The notes beneath the pieces were generated by a model that worked only from the letters and a program-made list of their open reading frames with translations, was not told the origin of the DNA and did not search any database. From the NCBI GenBank assembly GCA_963844715.1, contig CAWJPJ010000007.1, positions 288,001 to 352,000 on the forward strand: 64,000 nucleotides of DNA. Reading direction: 5' to 3'. The first letter of the stretch is position 1. Every line of letters begins with the position of its first letter. This document shows positions 1-9,829 of this stretch, in pieces. Both the position numbers and the translations under genes were made by a program. Origin of the DNA: an uncultured Phycisphaerales bacterium (GTDB taxonomy: Bacteria; Planctomycetota; Phycisphaerae; Tepidisphaerales; Tepidisphaeraceae).

Positions 1-2
1 AA

Positions 3-143
3 CTCGTCGATCGTCCGGCTCGGAAAATGATCATGCGCTTCGGACCCAACACGGGACAGGAATTGATGATCCCCAAGAGCAAGAAGGTCCGGTTCTCGAT
101 CTCCAAGGCCGCCAAAGACGCTATCCTCGGCGCCAAGAAATAA
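3..143 (+). CDS. HU/IHF-family histone-like DNA-binding protein, C-terminal part (5' truncated by window)
   Basis: Manual translation LVDRPARKMIMRFGPNTGQELMIPKSKKVRFSISKAAKDAILGAKK* matches the HU beta-arm and C-terminal pattern; followed by a terminator. Confidence 0.8.
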   Translation, partial: LVDRPARKMIMRFGPNTGQELMIPKSKKVRFSISKAAKDAILGAKK

Positions 144-181
144 CCGGCTCATCGGGTAACCAACTATCCCAAAAACTTTTC

Positions 182-217
182 AAGCCGCCGGCGTCCAAAA
201 CGCCGGCGGCTTTTTTT
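182..217 (+). terminator. Rho-independent terminator of the HU gene
   Basis: AAGCCGCCGGCGT-CCAAA-ACGCCGGCGGCTT hairpin followed by a T-run. Confidence 0.85.
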
Positions 218-243
218 ATTTCGTGCCCAGGAATTCCGCGCAT

Positions 244-271
244 AAAAAAACGCCCGGCCCTCCGCCGGGCG
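244..271 (-). terminator. Rho-independent terminator of rpsR
   Basis: CGCCCGGC-CCTCC-GCCGGGCG hairpin preceded by A7 on + (U-tail on -). Confidence 0.8.
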
Positions 272-287
272 TCGATTACGACAATGC

Positions 288-578
288 CTAACTCATTGCG
301 CTGACGTACGGCAGCAGGCTCATGTACCGGGCCCGCTTGACCGCGCGGGCGATCATACGCTGCTCCATCGCGTTGGCGCCGCTGCGCTTGCGCGACTGAA
401 TCTTCCCGTTCCCGCTGACCATCTTCCGCAGCGACTCGGTATCCTTGTAGTCGATATAGACTTTACCCGACGCGCTGGTGCGCGCGATCTTCAGTTTCGG
501 GCGGTTGAAAGTATGGAATTTCTCCTGCTTCTCACGCCGTTCACGGCCACCACCACGCTCACGATCTGGACCAGCCAT
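288..578 (-). CDS. rpsR: 30S ribosomal protein S18 (cysteine-free form)
   Basis: IDYKDTESLRKMVSGNGKIQSRKRSG...QRMIARAVKRARYMSLLPY is the S18 signature. Confidence 0.95.
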   Translation of the reverse strand: MAGPDRERGGGRERREKQEKFHTFNRPKLKIARTSASGKVYIDYKDTESLRKMVSGNGKIQSRKRSGANAMEQRMIARAVKRARYMSLLPYVSAMS

Positions 579-610
579 TGAAAATTCTCCTGACGAATTA
601 GGGGCCGGGC

Positions 611-638
611 ATTCTACTCAAGCCCTGCGGATTCGCAA
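611..638 (-). promoter_or_regulatory. Sigma70-like promoter of rpsR
   Basis: Minus strand TTGCGA-16 nt-TAGAAT, about 30 nt upstream of the rpsR ATG. Confidence 0.55.
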
Positions 639-678
639 GTGTGAGATGATGCGGATCGGGTTGATATCCGCCCACTTA

Positions 679-721
679 TTCCCCTCCCCCCGTAATCCGG
701 GGGAGGGCCAGGGCGGGGGCG
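679..721 (-). repeat. GC-rich palindromic REP/MITE-like element, copy 1 (intergenic)
   Basis: Reverse complement GCCCCCGCCCTGGCCCTCCCCCGGATTACGGGGGGAGGGGA aligns with the copy at 41795-41837; internal hairpin. Confidence 0.7.
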
Positions 722-782
722 CGATTCACATACCATCCAAATGATCGCTGGAAAGGGGCGATTGTCGCAATTCTGGCGGCAT

Positions 783-1636
783 TTAGCCGGCCAGCAGCTT
801 GGATTCGGGATGTTGACGGGGCTCGACTTTGGCATGAGCCGTGGATTTGTTTTTCGCCACGCCTCCCCCGCTCCGCGCAGCAGGTTTTCGGCGGTGGGAT
901 TCACCAGCTCCGACAAGGCGCAGATTCCGACGATCAAGCCCGGCCGCGAACCGAGTTTGTGCGAGCCGGCCATCGAACGAAGGAGCGATCCGAGCCGCGT
1001 CGCCACCGCTTCCGATGCCGTGTTCGTGCATCCCGGGAAGACGAGCACGAACTCGTCTTCTCCGTAGCGGAATGCGGCGTCGTTTCCGCGCAGCGTGCTG
1101 CGGACAATCTGCCCGAAGGTTTTGAGCATGTCGTCGCCGGCGGCCATGCCGTGCGTGTCGGTCAACTGCTTGAAATTTTCGACGTCGATGACCAGCAGCG
1201 AAAGGGGCGCATTGTCCGCCAGGCATTGTCGCACCAGTTGCGGCAAGAGCTGATCGAGCATGCGGCGGTTGAAGAGTCCAGTGAGAGCATCACGGGTTGC
1301 CTGCTGCCGCAGCGATTCCACCAGACGCTGCAAAGCGCTGGTTCGATTCTCGATCCGCTGGTTGATTTCCTGATTCAGGGATGCGATCGACTGCTTCTGC
1401 TGGCGTAGCTCGTGAAGAAGGCTTTTGACTTCCTCGGCGATCGGGCCAACCGATCGCGGCGCCGCCGACAGTTCCTCGATCGGGGCTTTCCCGGCGTGAA
1501 CCTGCCCGATCAACTTCGCGAAATCTTGCAGTGAATCGTCGATCCGCGCGACGCGGCACCAGAAGTACCAGACGATCGCCCCTAAGGAAACCACCAAACC
1601 CGCCGCATAAACCGCTACTAGCCCCAGACTCGGCAT
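783..1636 (-). CDS. Membrane-anchored GGDEF-domain protein with degenerate active site (GEDEF); probable indel near 860
   Basis: N-terminal TM helix, coiled coil, ATRDALTGLFNRR, RGNDAAFRYGEDEF. True end probably 783 (..EPRQHPESKLLAG*), because the ORF extension to 614 runs through a repeat and the rpsR promoter. Confidence 0.8.
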
Positions 1637-1790
1637 ACGTCACTTACTCCGCGAATTTTCATCGGCTGGCGCGCCCACTCCCAGCAGCGATAGTGAGTCC
1701 GATTACTCGAACCGACGGAATATCTGGCATGAATTAACGGAGCAGTCGCTACAGCCGATATATCCAGTGCCGTATTACATATAAGCCAAC

Positions 1791-3218
1791 ATGCCAGCAT
1801 CCAATATTCACTACGATCTGATCGTCATAGGCTCCGGCCCGGCGGGCCAAAAGGCGGCCCTCAACGCCGCCAAACTCGGCAAATCCGTCGCCGTTATCGA
1901 ACGTGAAAATACCCTCGGCGGCGTCTGCATTCACACCGGAACCATCCCCTCCAAGGCCATTCGAGAAGCCGTCCTCCATCTCACCGGCGTGCGCGAGCGC
2001 TCCGTCTACGGGGCGGGATACGCCGTCAAGCACGACATCAAAATGTCGGATCTCCTCTACCGCTGCCAGCACGTCGTGCGCACGGAAGTCGAAGTGATCC
2101 GCAACCAGATGCATCGCAACAATGTGACGATGATCGCCGGCTCGGCAACATTCGTCGATCCGCACACCGTCCGCATCCATCACTCGCAGGACACCACCGA
2201 TATCAAGGGGGAAAACATCCTCCTTGCCGTCGGCACCCTGCCGGCGCGTCCGAAGGAAGTCCCCTTCACCCCCAATCGCGTCATCGACAGCAACGAACTT
2301 TTGACATTGGCCGAACTGCCCAAATCCATGGTCATCGTCGGCGGCGGCGTGATCGGAACCGAATACGCCTGCATGATGGCGGTCGTCGGCGTACGGGTCA
2401 CCCTCATCGAATCACGCCCCCGCCTCCTCGAGTTTGTCGACGACGAACTGGCGGAAAATCTTCAGTTCCGTTTGCGCGACATGGGAATGCGCCTACGCCT
2501 GGGTGAATCGGTCGCCAAGATTGAAGTGGTCAACGAACACGTCGAAGCGACGCTGGCGAGCAACAAGAAAGTGGCCGGGGATACGCTGATGTATTGCATC
2601 GGGCGCCAGGGCGCCACCGACGAATTGAATCTCCCCGCCGCCGGTTTGACCGCCGACAATCGCGGGCGGTTGAAAGTGAACGAGTATTACCAGACTGCCG
2701 TCCCCCACATTTATGCCGCCGGCGACGTGATCGGCTTCCCGTCTCTCGCGTCAACCAGCATGGAACAGGGGCGCCTGGCTTCCTGCCACATGTTCCACCA
2801 ACTCGCGCAGGCCGCAAATCCGCTGTTTCCACACGGAATCTACACCATTCCTGAAATCAGCATGGTCGGCCAAAACGAGCAGTCTCTGACCAAGGAAAAC
2901 ATTCCCTACGAAGTCGGCCTGGCCCGCTATCGCGAGATCGCCCGCGGTCAGCTCATCGCCGACCCGCACGGCATACTCAAACTCCTCTTCCATCCCGAAA
3001 GCCGCCGCCTCCTCGGCGTCCACGCCATCGGCACCGGCGCCACGGAACTCATCCACATCGGCCAAACCGTCATCGCCGCCGGCATGGCCATCGACTACTT
3101 CATCGAATCCGTCTTCAACTACCCAACGCTGGCCGAGTGCTACAAAGTAGCCGCCTTAGACGGCCTAAACCGTCTCCGCTCCATCAGCCACGAAGAACCC
3201 CACGCTAACGCCGCCTAA
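1791..3218 (+). CDS. sthA: Soluble pyridine nucleotide transhydrogenase (Si-specific)
   Basis: GSGPAG FAD motif, GGVCIHTGTIPSK (single Cys), GGGVIGTEYA, FNYPTLAECYKVAALDG. Confidence 0.9.
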   Translation: MPASNIHYDLIVIGSGPAGQKAALNAAKLGKSVAVIERENTLGGVCIHTGTIPSKAIREAVLHLTGVRERSVYGAGYAVKHDIKMSDLLYRCQHVVRTEVEVIRNQMHRNNVTMIAGSATFVDPHTVRIHHSQDTTDIKGENILLAVGTLPARPKEVPFTPNRVIDSNELLTLAELPKSMVIVGGGVIGTEYACMMAVVGVRVTLIESRPRLLEFVDDELAENLQFRLRDMGMRLRLGESVAKIEVVNEHVEATLASNKKVAGDTLMYCIGRQGATDELNLPAAGLTADNRGRLKVNEYYQTAVPHIYAAGDVIGFPSLASTSMEQGRLASCHMFHQLAQAANPLFPHGIYTIPEISMVGQNEQSLTKENIPYEVGLARYREIARGQLIADPHGILKLLFHPESRRLLGVHAIGTGATELIHIGQTVIAAGMAIDYFIESVFNYPTLAECYKVAALDGLNRLRSISHEEPHANAA

Positions 3219-3261
3219 AAATAGGCGATGCTTTCCTGATGCGCGGTAATATCCCCGGGCG

Positions 3262-3825
3262 ATGAAACGCCTGTGCCGATGGATGTTCAACCTCCTGTTA
3301 GCAACGTCGTTACTGACTAGCGTTGCCGCGACGGCTCTCTGGATTCGCAGTTTTACAAAAGCCGAGGAGCTTTACCGCAACCACCACGACGGTGCGACCC
3401 ACAAGGACGATCAGATCAACATCATTTGGGGAAATGGAGGTTTCCTTCTGTCCTACTCGAGCCAGAACGTTTGGCTGGATTTCCAACAGAATGGATTTGA
3501 CATCAAAGATCCCAGTCCGGCCGGGACAAAATGGAGCTTTGGCCCCTGCTTTAATTGGCCGACTTGGAACTACCGATTCGTGGATTTCTCCCAATTCTCC
3601 AAAGGCAACGACTATGCGTGGTGGTTCCGCGTGCGGCTCTACCTCGTTGCCGCCGTCAGTGCGATACTCCCGGCCATCTTCGTTATGAACTGGTTCCGCA
3701 AGCGGCGAACGTCGAAAAGAGGATTCTGCGCGAACTGCGGCTACGATCTCCGCGCCACGCCCGAGCGCTGCCCCGAATGCGGCGCGCCGGCGGAGAAGCA
3801 GCCCTCGTCTCTCCCGAACGGCTGA
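3262..3825 (+). CDS. Two-TM hypothetical protein with C-terminal zinc ribbon (CxxCGYDLRATPERCPECG)
   Basis: N-terminal hydrophobic helix, second TM helix, then GFCANCGYDLRATPERCPECG. Confidence 0.75.
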   Translation: MKRLCRWMFNLLLATSLLTSVAATALWIRSFTKAEELYRNHHDGATHKDDQINIIWGNGGFLLSYSSQNVWLDFQQNGFDIKDPSPAGTKWSFGPCFNWPTWNYRFVDFSQFSKGNDYAWWFRVRLYLVAAVSAILPAIFVMNWFRKRRTSKRGFCANCGYDLRATPERCPECGAPAEKQPSSLPNG

Positions 3826-4024
3826 TGGGAAATCCGGAAAATGGTCGGTCCGCGGGGACGAAGAGAACCGCTTGGCCCGCGTTGAGTCCCGCCAAAAGAG
3901 GCTTTACAGGGGATTCCACGACCGTGCCATCGCACTTGAATTGATTGACCACGAGACATGGCGGATTCGACTCAATTGCTTCTCCCCGCACATCGAATAA
4001 AATGGGCTTTTTAAGGAGCCGATC

Positions 4025-4594
4025 ATGCGTCACGTGATATCCGCCCTGGTGGTGAACGAACCAGGCGTCCTGGCCAGCGTCGCCGGAATGTTCGCCGCGC
4101 GGGGTTTCAACATCGACTCCCTCGTCGTCGGCCGAACCGAGGACGCCAATCTGTCGCGCATGACCATCGTCGTCGACGCGGATGAAAACACGCTGGAGCA
4201 AGTCCGCAAACAGCTCGCCAAATTGGTCCCCGTCACCAAGGTCAAGGATTTCAAGGGCACCGCCTACATCGAGCGCGATCTGGCGTTGGTCACCGTCTCG
4301 GTCTCCCCCGAGCACAGAGGTGAAGTGATCGAAATCGTCAATCTCTTCCGCGGCAAAGTCGTGGATGTCGCCAAGGAAAGCCTCATCGTCGAACTCGCCG
4401 GCACGGAGGAAAAAGTCGAAGCCTTCATCGAACTGATGAAACCCTACGGCATCCGTGAACTGGCCCGCACCGGGGTCATCGCCATGGGCCGCGGCATGCA
4501 ACTTTCCAAAGGCTCCGACGACGATTCCGCCGCCGGCAAAACCCGCAAACGCAGCCTGAACGCCCCCGCCGCGGCGGCCCTGCCGCCTAGCTAA
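4025..4594 (+). CDS. ilvN: Acetolactate synthase small (regulatory) subunit
   Basis: MRHVISALVVNEPGVLASVAGMFAARGFNIDSLVVG ACT domain; ELARTG; AAGGAG RBS. Confidence 0.95.
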   Translation: MRHVISALVVNEPGVLASVAGMFAARGFNIDSLVVGRTEDANLSRMTIVVDADENTLEQVRKQLAKLVPVTKVKDFKGTAYIERDLALVTVSVSPEHRGEVIEIVNLFRGKVVDVAKESLIVELAGTEEKVEAFIELMKPYGIRELARTGVIAMGRGMQLSKGSDDDSAAGKTRKRSLNAPAAAALPPS

Positions 4595-4654
4595 GCGATG
4601 CGGCTTTACTAACCCGTTGCAAAAATCCCTATTTTCGGTATATACTGTAAATAA

Positions 4655-4920
4655 ATGCCTTACGCTTTCGCTGCATTGAATGGAATATCGGCAAAGTTGA
4701 AGGACATAAGTTGACGGTCGGCGACGTTGAGTATGCGGTCAACAGTGCGCGGCGGCCTTTTCCAAAGCCAATCGGTAACGAGAAATGGTTGGTAATCGGC
4801 ACGGCGGAAAATGGCCGGCGGATTCAGGCGATTTACCTGATCGACGATGATGACAGCCTATTTGTGATTCACGCGCGTCCTCTGACAGCCAACGAGCGCC
4901 GACGCAGGAGAACAAAATGA
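4655..4920 (+). CDS. BrnT/RelE-like toxin (indel near 5' end)
   Basis: Reconstructed MPYAF..EWNIGKVEGHKLTVGDVEYAV...WLVIGTAENGRRIQAIY...FVIHARPLTANERRR; ATGA overlap with next gene. Confidence 0.65.
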
Positions 4921-5252
4921 AGTCAAAAAAACCATTGGCCCCTTGGCTCCCAGGCCAATTTGGACAGATGACTCGCGATGATTTCGACAAGGAATCAGAC
5001 CAGTACAACTCTGAGTTTTCCGCCGCGCGAGCCGAACGTGTGAAAAATTTGCGGTCGCATCCGAAAAAGCGCGGCCGGCCCTCCAAGCCCAAGGGTCAGA
5101 AATCCGCTCGCGTACTAATCACCATGACGCCCCGGCTCCTGGCGGCGGCGGATGCCGCCGCCGATAAACGAGGTCTGACCCGTGCCGGGCTTATCCGACA
5201 GGCAGTCCTGGATTGGCTTGAGCGCCAACCCCGTTTGCCGATGAGCGCTTAG
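4917..5252 (+). CDS. Putative antitoxin with C-terminal ribbon-helix-helix (CopG-like) domain
   Basis: KRGRP...RVLITMTPRLLAAADAAADKRGLTRAGLIRQAV; translationally coupled to the BrnT-like gene. Confidence 0.65.
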   Translation: MKSKKPLAPWLPGQFGQMTRDDFDKESDQYNSEFSAARAERVKNLRSHPKKRGRPSKPKGQKSARVLITMTPRLLAAADAAADKRGLTRAGLIRQAVLDWLERQPRLPMSA

Positions 5253-5316
5253 GGGCACCGCTAGGGCAGCAGGTTCCGCTGCGCAAAAATCCGCGGCCAG
5301 GTCGCAAAAACCGGGT

Positions 5317-5901
5317 ATGATTGCGGCTCGTCCCGTCCCCTCGTCGGCCGCAGCCCGGGTCTCAATGACTTATTCCCAATTCAACACCCGCATCGAAGCC
5401 GCGGCCAAATGGGCAAAGATCACCGGCGTCTCCATGCTCGCCATCGGCGTGATCGTGATAATTGTCGGCCTGGCGGCGTCCGCGCAGACCGTCGGCTCAT
5501 CGCCGCTCCCGGTCTTCGTCGCCGCGACGCTGTTCTACTTTTTTCCCGGCGGAGTTTTGTTGCTCGTCACCCGCTGGCTAACGGCCGCGCGCGTCTGGGC
5601 CTATTACCTGATGATGGGAATGTGCGGCCTTTCCATGGCCGGCATGCTCTACAACCTCGCCCGCGGCATGGACGACCCCTATTTTGGCCTCACGGTCGTC
5701 GTGTCCCTCCTCGTCCTCGCGCCCTGGATTCTCCTCTTCGTCGCGTGCCTGAACGCCTTGCCCGACGCCCGCGATATGCGTAAAGCCTCCCTGCGCGACG
5801 GCCCGAAACCGCAAGGCTTTTCAGTGGTCCCACCCGCCAATCCAATGCCAACAATCAAACCACCCCCACCGGCAACCACTATAATCCGCAAGCATTCGTA
5901 G
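5317..5901 (+). CDS. Four-TM hypothetical membrane protein
   Basis: Four hydrophobic segments, Pro-rich tail; true start may be 5365. Confidence 0.6.
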   Translation: MIAARPVPSSAAARVSMTYSQFNTRIEAAAKWAKITGVSMLAIGVIVIIVGLAASAQTVGSSPLPVFVAATLFYFFPGGVLLLVTRWLTAARVWAYYLMMGMCGLSMAGMLYNLARGMDDPYFGLTVVVSLLVLAPWILLFVACLNALPDARDMRKASLRDGPKPQGFSVVPPANPMPTIKPPPPATTIIRKHS

Positions 5902-5973
5902 GACCCGCCCGGCTATTTGAGCCCATCGCGAAAGCCAATTTGTCCTCGCGCTCGGCGGGGATATGATATCTAC

Positions 5974-6270
5974 ATGACCCGAGACCAGGCGCTGAAATAT
6001 TCTGGCCGCAAACCGTCAGAAATTGGACGGATTCTCGGTCGAGTCCCTGGCGATCTTCGGCTCCGTCGCGAGGAATGAGGCCACCGATGGCAGCGACATC
6101 GACGTGCTCGTGCGGTTCAAAAAGGGCAAACCAATCGGTCTTTTCGAATTCGTGCGGTTTCAAAGATTCCTGTCGGACATTTTAGGTTGCCCGGTGGACC
6201 TGGTGACGCCAGAAGCTCTGCGCAAGAGATGCGCCAGCAAGTTCTCCGGGAGGCCGTCAATGCCGCCTAG
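5974..6270 (+). CDS. MNT family nucleotidyltransferase antitoxin (MntA-like; indels)
   Basis: LAIFGSVARNEATDGSDIDVLV...PVDLVTPEAL; reconstructed from ATG 5974 to TAG 6270 (..LREAVNAA*). Confidence 0.8.
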
Positions 6271-6604
6271 AGACTGGCGTCTCCGCATCTCTGATATTCT
6301 TGAAGCAATCACTAGGATAGATCTCTACACCAGCGGAATGAATTTCGCGCTATTTGCAAAAGACGAAAAAACCGTAGACGCAGTTGTTCGCAATATCACC
6401 GTCATCGGCGAAGCAGCCAGGTCCGTACCTCCTATCATTGTCGATGCGCATCCCGAGATTCCCTGGCAAGATATGTGCGATATGCGAAACGTCGTCGTCC
6501 ACGCTTATTTCGGCCTGAACCGGCAAATCCTGTGGGATACGATTCAAACCAATCTTCAGCCGCTGATTCCTCTGTTGCAAAACATTTTAAAAGAATCCAA
6601 ATAG
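6260..6604 (+). CDS. HepT-like HEPN ribonuclease toxin (DUF86)
   Basis: MPPRDWRLRISDILEAI...IGEAA...EIPWQDMCDMRNVVVHAYFG (RxxxxHxY). Confidence 0.85.
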   Translation: MPPRDWRLRISDILEAITRIDLYTSGMNFALFAKDEKTVDAVVRNITVIGEAARSVPPIIVDAHPEIPWQDMCDMRNVVVHAYFGLNRQILWDTIQTNLQPLIPLLQNILKESK

Positions 6605-6687
6605 CCAATTTCGCCCACCTTGCTTCATCTCGACCCATCGAAACCGCTTCTAAAGCAATTGGATTTCTCGATGCCCAGTTACCAAGC

Positions 6688-7542
6688 CTACTCCCCGTGA
6701 TTTGACGATGGCTTTTCGGGCTTATCATCTGAGTCATAAGCCTGATCCGCGTTTTCCCCCTTTACCTCTATTCTCTCCACGCTCAGCGCCCGCCCCGTTT
6801 CCGGATCCACCTCGGCCAGCAGCCCGCACATCCTCACATCCCCCGTCGCGATCTCAAACGGCTGCGGCATGTTGGTCGTCATATATTTAATGACGCGATC
6901 TTTCCTCCGGCCGAGCACCGAATCGTACGGCCCGCACATGCCCAGATCGGTTTGATAGGCACTGCCGTTGGGAAGGATTTTCGCATCGGCGGTGGGAATA
7001 TGCGTGTGCGTGCCGAAGATGACGGAACATCGCCCGTCCATCCAGTAGCTCAGCGCGATCTTTTCGCTCGTCGCTTCGGCGTGAATATCACACACGCAGA
7101 TGCGCACCGAATCTGGAATCTGATCGAGCACGCGGTCTGCCGCCGCGAAGGGATCGTCCGAGGGAAGATTTACGAAGATTCTCCCGAGCAGCGCAAAGAC
7201 CGCCACGGAAACTCCGCCGGCGGTTTGCACGACCGTGAATCCCCGGCCCGCGGCCCCAATCGCCAGATTTGCCGGACGCACGATCCGCTCGCTGCTTTGC
7301 ATCGTGGGAACGATATCCACCCGGCGATAAAGATGATCGCCCAGCGTGACAACATCGACGCCATAACTGCGGATTTTGTGGAAGAGATTGGCGGTGATGC
7401 CGCTGCCGCCGGCGATATTTTCCGCGTTGGCGACGACGAGATCGACCTGCCGTTGGCGGACCAGGTCGTGCAATTTTTGCTGAAGGATTTGCCGGCCGGG
7501 CCGGCCGACGACGTCGCCAAGACACAAAATCCGCAGGGGCAT
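6688..7542 (-). CDS. ymdB: YmdB-family metallophosphoesterase (TIGR00282)
   Basis: GDVVGRPGR, NAENIAGGSG, DIHAEATSEK, GTHTHIPTAD, DLGMCGPYDSVLG. Confidence 0.9.
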   Translation of the reverse strand: MPLRILCLGDVVGRPGRQILQQKLHDLVRQRQVDLVVANAENIAGGSGITANLFHKIRSYGVDVVTLGDHLYRRVDIVPTMQSSERIVRPANLAIGAAGRGFTVVQTAGGVSVAVFALLGRIFVNLPSDDPFAAADRVLDQIPDSVRICVCDIHAEATSEKIALSYWMDGRCSVIFGTHTHIPTADAKILPNGSAYQTDLGMCGPYDSVLGRRKDRVIKYMTTNMPQPFEIATGDVRMCGLLAEVDPETGRALSVERIEVKGENADQAYDSDDKPEKPSSNHGE

Positions 7543-7621
7543 GGGCCTTAGAATACAGCCCCGGCGGCGGGTGGGACAGCCCCGCCGTTTCCCGATCGTT
7601 CGACATCGCTATGATGTGGGC

Positions 7622-8515
7622 ATGGGCGTATCCCTGGAAAACCTGATCTTCTCTGGCGAATCGCCCGCCGGGCGAAAGCCCCCCTGGCTGCGCATGAAAA
7701 TGCCGGGCGGAGAGGGCTACGCCCGCCTGACGAAAATCGTCAACGGGAACCGCCTGCACACGGTTTGCCAATCCGCCAAATGCCCCAACATGGGCGAATG
7801 CTGGGCCGCCGGAACGGCCACGCTGATGATCCTCGGGAACGTCTGCACCCGAAGCTGCGGATTCTGCCATATCGCGACCGGGAGACCCACGGAACTGGAT
7901 CGCGACGAGCCGCGGCGGGTGGGGCTGGCGGTGAAGATGATGAACCTCGGCCACGCTGTCATCACGAGCGTGAACCGAGACGAGTTGCCCGATGGAGGGG
8001 CCGATGTCTGGGCGGAAACCATCCGCCAAATCCGCTCGCAATCGCCGGGGACGAATGTCGAGGTGTTGATTCCCGATTTTTGCGGCGATTGGGATGCGCT
8101 GGCAACCGTGCTGGCCGAGAAACCGGATATTTTAAATCACAATCTCGAGACAGTGTCCCGGCTGTATCGAACGGTTCGTCCCCAGGCGAAATATCGGCGC
8201 TCGCTGGAACTATTGCAGATCGCCAAGGGCGAGGGCTTTGTCGTTAAAACCGGCATGATGCTGGGTCTGGGCGAGGAAGAATATGAAATCGAGCAGGTTC
8301 TGGACGATCTGGTCTCGATCGGCTGCGATATTGTGACCCTGGGCCAATACTTGCAGCCGACACGCGAGCATTTGCCCGTGGCCCGCTGGGTGCATCCGGA
8401 CGAGTTCGCCGATTGGAAATGGCGAGGCGAGGCGAAGGGAATTCGGCACGTCGAATCGGGCCCGCTGGTGCGGAGCAGCTATCACGCGGAGAAACAAGTA
8501 CGAGGAGCGAAATGA
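7622..8515 (+). CDS. lipA: Lipoyl synthase
   Basis: RKPPWLR, CQSAKCPNMGECW, CTRSCGFC radical-SAM motif, GPLVRSSYHA. Confidence 0.95.
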   Translation: MGVSLENLIFSGESPAGRKPPWLRMKMPGGEGYARLTKIVNGNRLHTVCQSAKCPNMGECWAAGTATLMILGNVCTRSCGFCHIATGRPTELDRDEPRRVGLAVKMMNLGHAVITSVNRDELPDGGADVWAETIRQIRSQSPGTNVEVLIPDFCGDWDALATVLAEKPDILNHNLETVSRLYRTVRPQAKYRRSLELLQIAKGEGFVVKTGMMLGLGEEEYEIEQVLDDLVSIGCDIVTLGQYLQPTREHLPVARWVHPDEFADWKWRGEAKGIRHVESGPLVRSSYHAEKQVRGAK

Positions 8516-9746
8516 GGAGCAGTTTCGCGTTCGGTTTGGCTGTGGTTTTGTTGGCGCTGGCCGGATGTCATCAGGAGCAGCCGGCCGTCGATTTTCGGCA
8601 ACCCCTTCCGCCGGGAATGGTCGCCCTGCGGAAGATTTCGCCCGGTGAATATCCGAATTTTGGCGAGCAGCCGATCGACGCGACGGCACTGGAAACGTCG
8701 ATCAATAATAGTTTGCAATATATGTCCGCGCCGAGCAGCCGGAGTTTTTATCCTTATCTGGATATCAGCCACGAGGCGCGGTGGAGTCGTTGGTTCGGCT
8801 GAGGCAAATTTGCCAGAAACTCACCGATCGCGGCGCCTGGGACGGGATTTGGTTCAATCAGCAGATCGTCGACAATTTCGAGGTATACAAGAGCGTCGGG
8901 GCGCCGACGCCGGACGGAACGGATTACACCGAGCGGGTTTTGTTCACCGGCTATTTCACGCCGATTTATGACGCCAGTTTGCAGAAAACGGATGAATACA
9001 AATGGCCGCTCTATAAGTTGCCGCCGGATTTGGCGCGCGACCCGAACACGGGGCAAGTCTACGGCCGCAGGCAGATCGACGGGACGTACGTGCCCTATTA
9101 CACGCGCCAGGAAATCGAGACCGGCGGGAAACTTGCCGGCAACGAACTCGTCTGGCTCAAGAGCCGCTGGGAAGCGTACGTGATCACGGTGCAGGGATCG
9201 GCCAGGTTGCGCCTCGCCGACTCCGGCAAGATTTACGAAATCGGCTTCGCCGGAACGAACGGATACACCTACACCAGCCCCGGCGAGCAGATGCTAAAGG
9301 ACGGCGTCATCACACCGGACCAATTGAGCTTTAACGGTCTTTCCACTTACTTCGCCACCCACCCGGACATGATGGATAAATATCTGTCCATCAATCAGCG
9401 CTACGTTTTTTTCACAGAAAGGCCCGGCGGCCCGTTCGGCAGTTTGAACGTTCCGGTTACCCCCTGGGCGACGATCGCGACGGACAAGGAGCAAAAGGAC
9501 ATTTACCCACGGGCCATGCCCGCTTTTTTGTCGGTGGATGTTCCGGATCAAAGCGGCATAGGCTTCAGACCGCTCCGGAGTTTCCTCCTCGATCAGGACA
9601 CCGGCGGCGCAATTCGAGCCAGCGGCCGATGCGACATTTTCATGGGCATCGGCCCGGACGCCGAGGCCGTGGCGGGGCATGAATTGCAAGAGGGGTCCCT
9701 CTATTACATCGCGATTCGGCCGGAATTGATGCAACCCGGCAAATAA
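8512..9746 (+). CDS. mltA: Membrane-bound lytic murein transglycosylase A lipoprotein (indel near 8780)
   Basis: Lipobox LALAGC; LFTGYFTP, VQGSARL, NQRYVFF, DQDTGGAIRASGRCDIFMG (3D domain). Confidence 0.85.
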
Positions 9747-9829
9747 ACGCAACCTTTTCCCCAGTTTGGATTTATATAATTGTTCAAAACCCGATCCCGG
9801 ACTGGGCTGGTTTGACGATACAATCTGCT

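Noticed and set aside
614..782. C-terminal extension of the GGDEF ORF
   Set aside because: It translates through a palindromic repeat and the rpsR promoter, and an alternative frame ends cleanly at 783.
6023..6604. Apparent MNT-HEPN fusion protein (193 aa in the ORF track)
   Set aside because: An indel near 6225 joins the frames. The normal MNT ending (LREAVNAA*, TAG 6270) and a separate HepT ATG at 6260 are both present.
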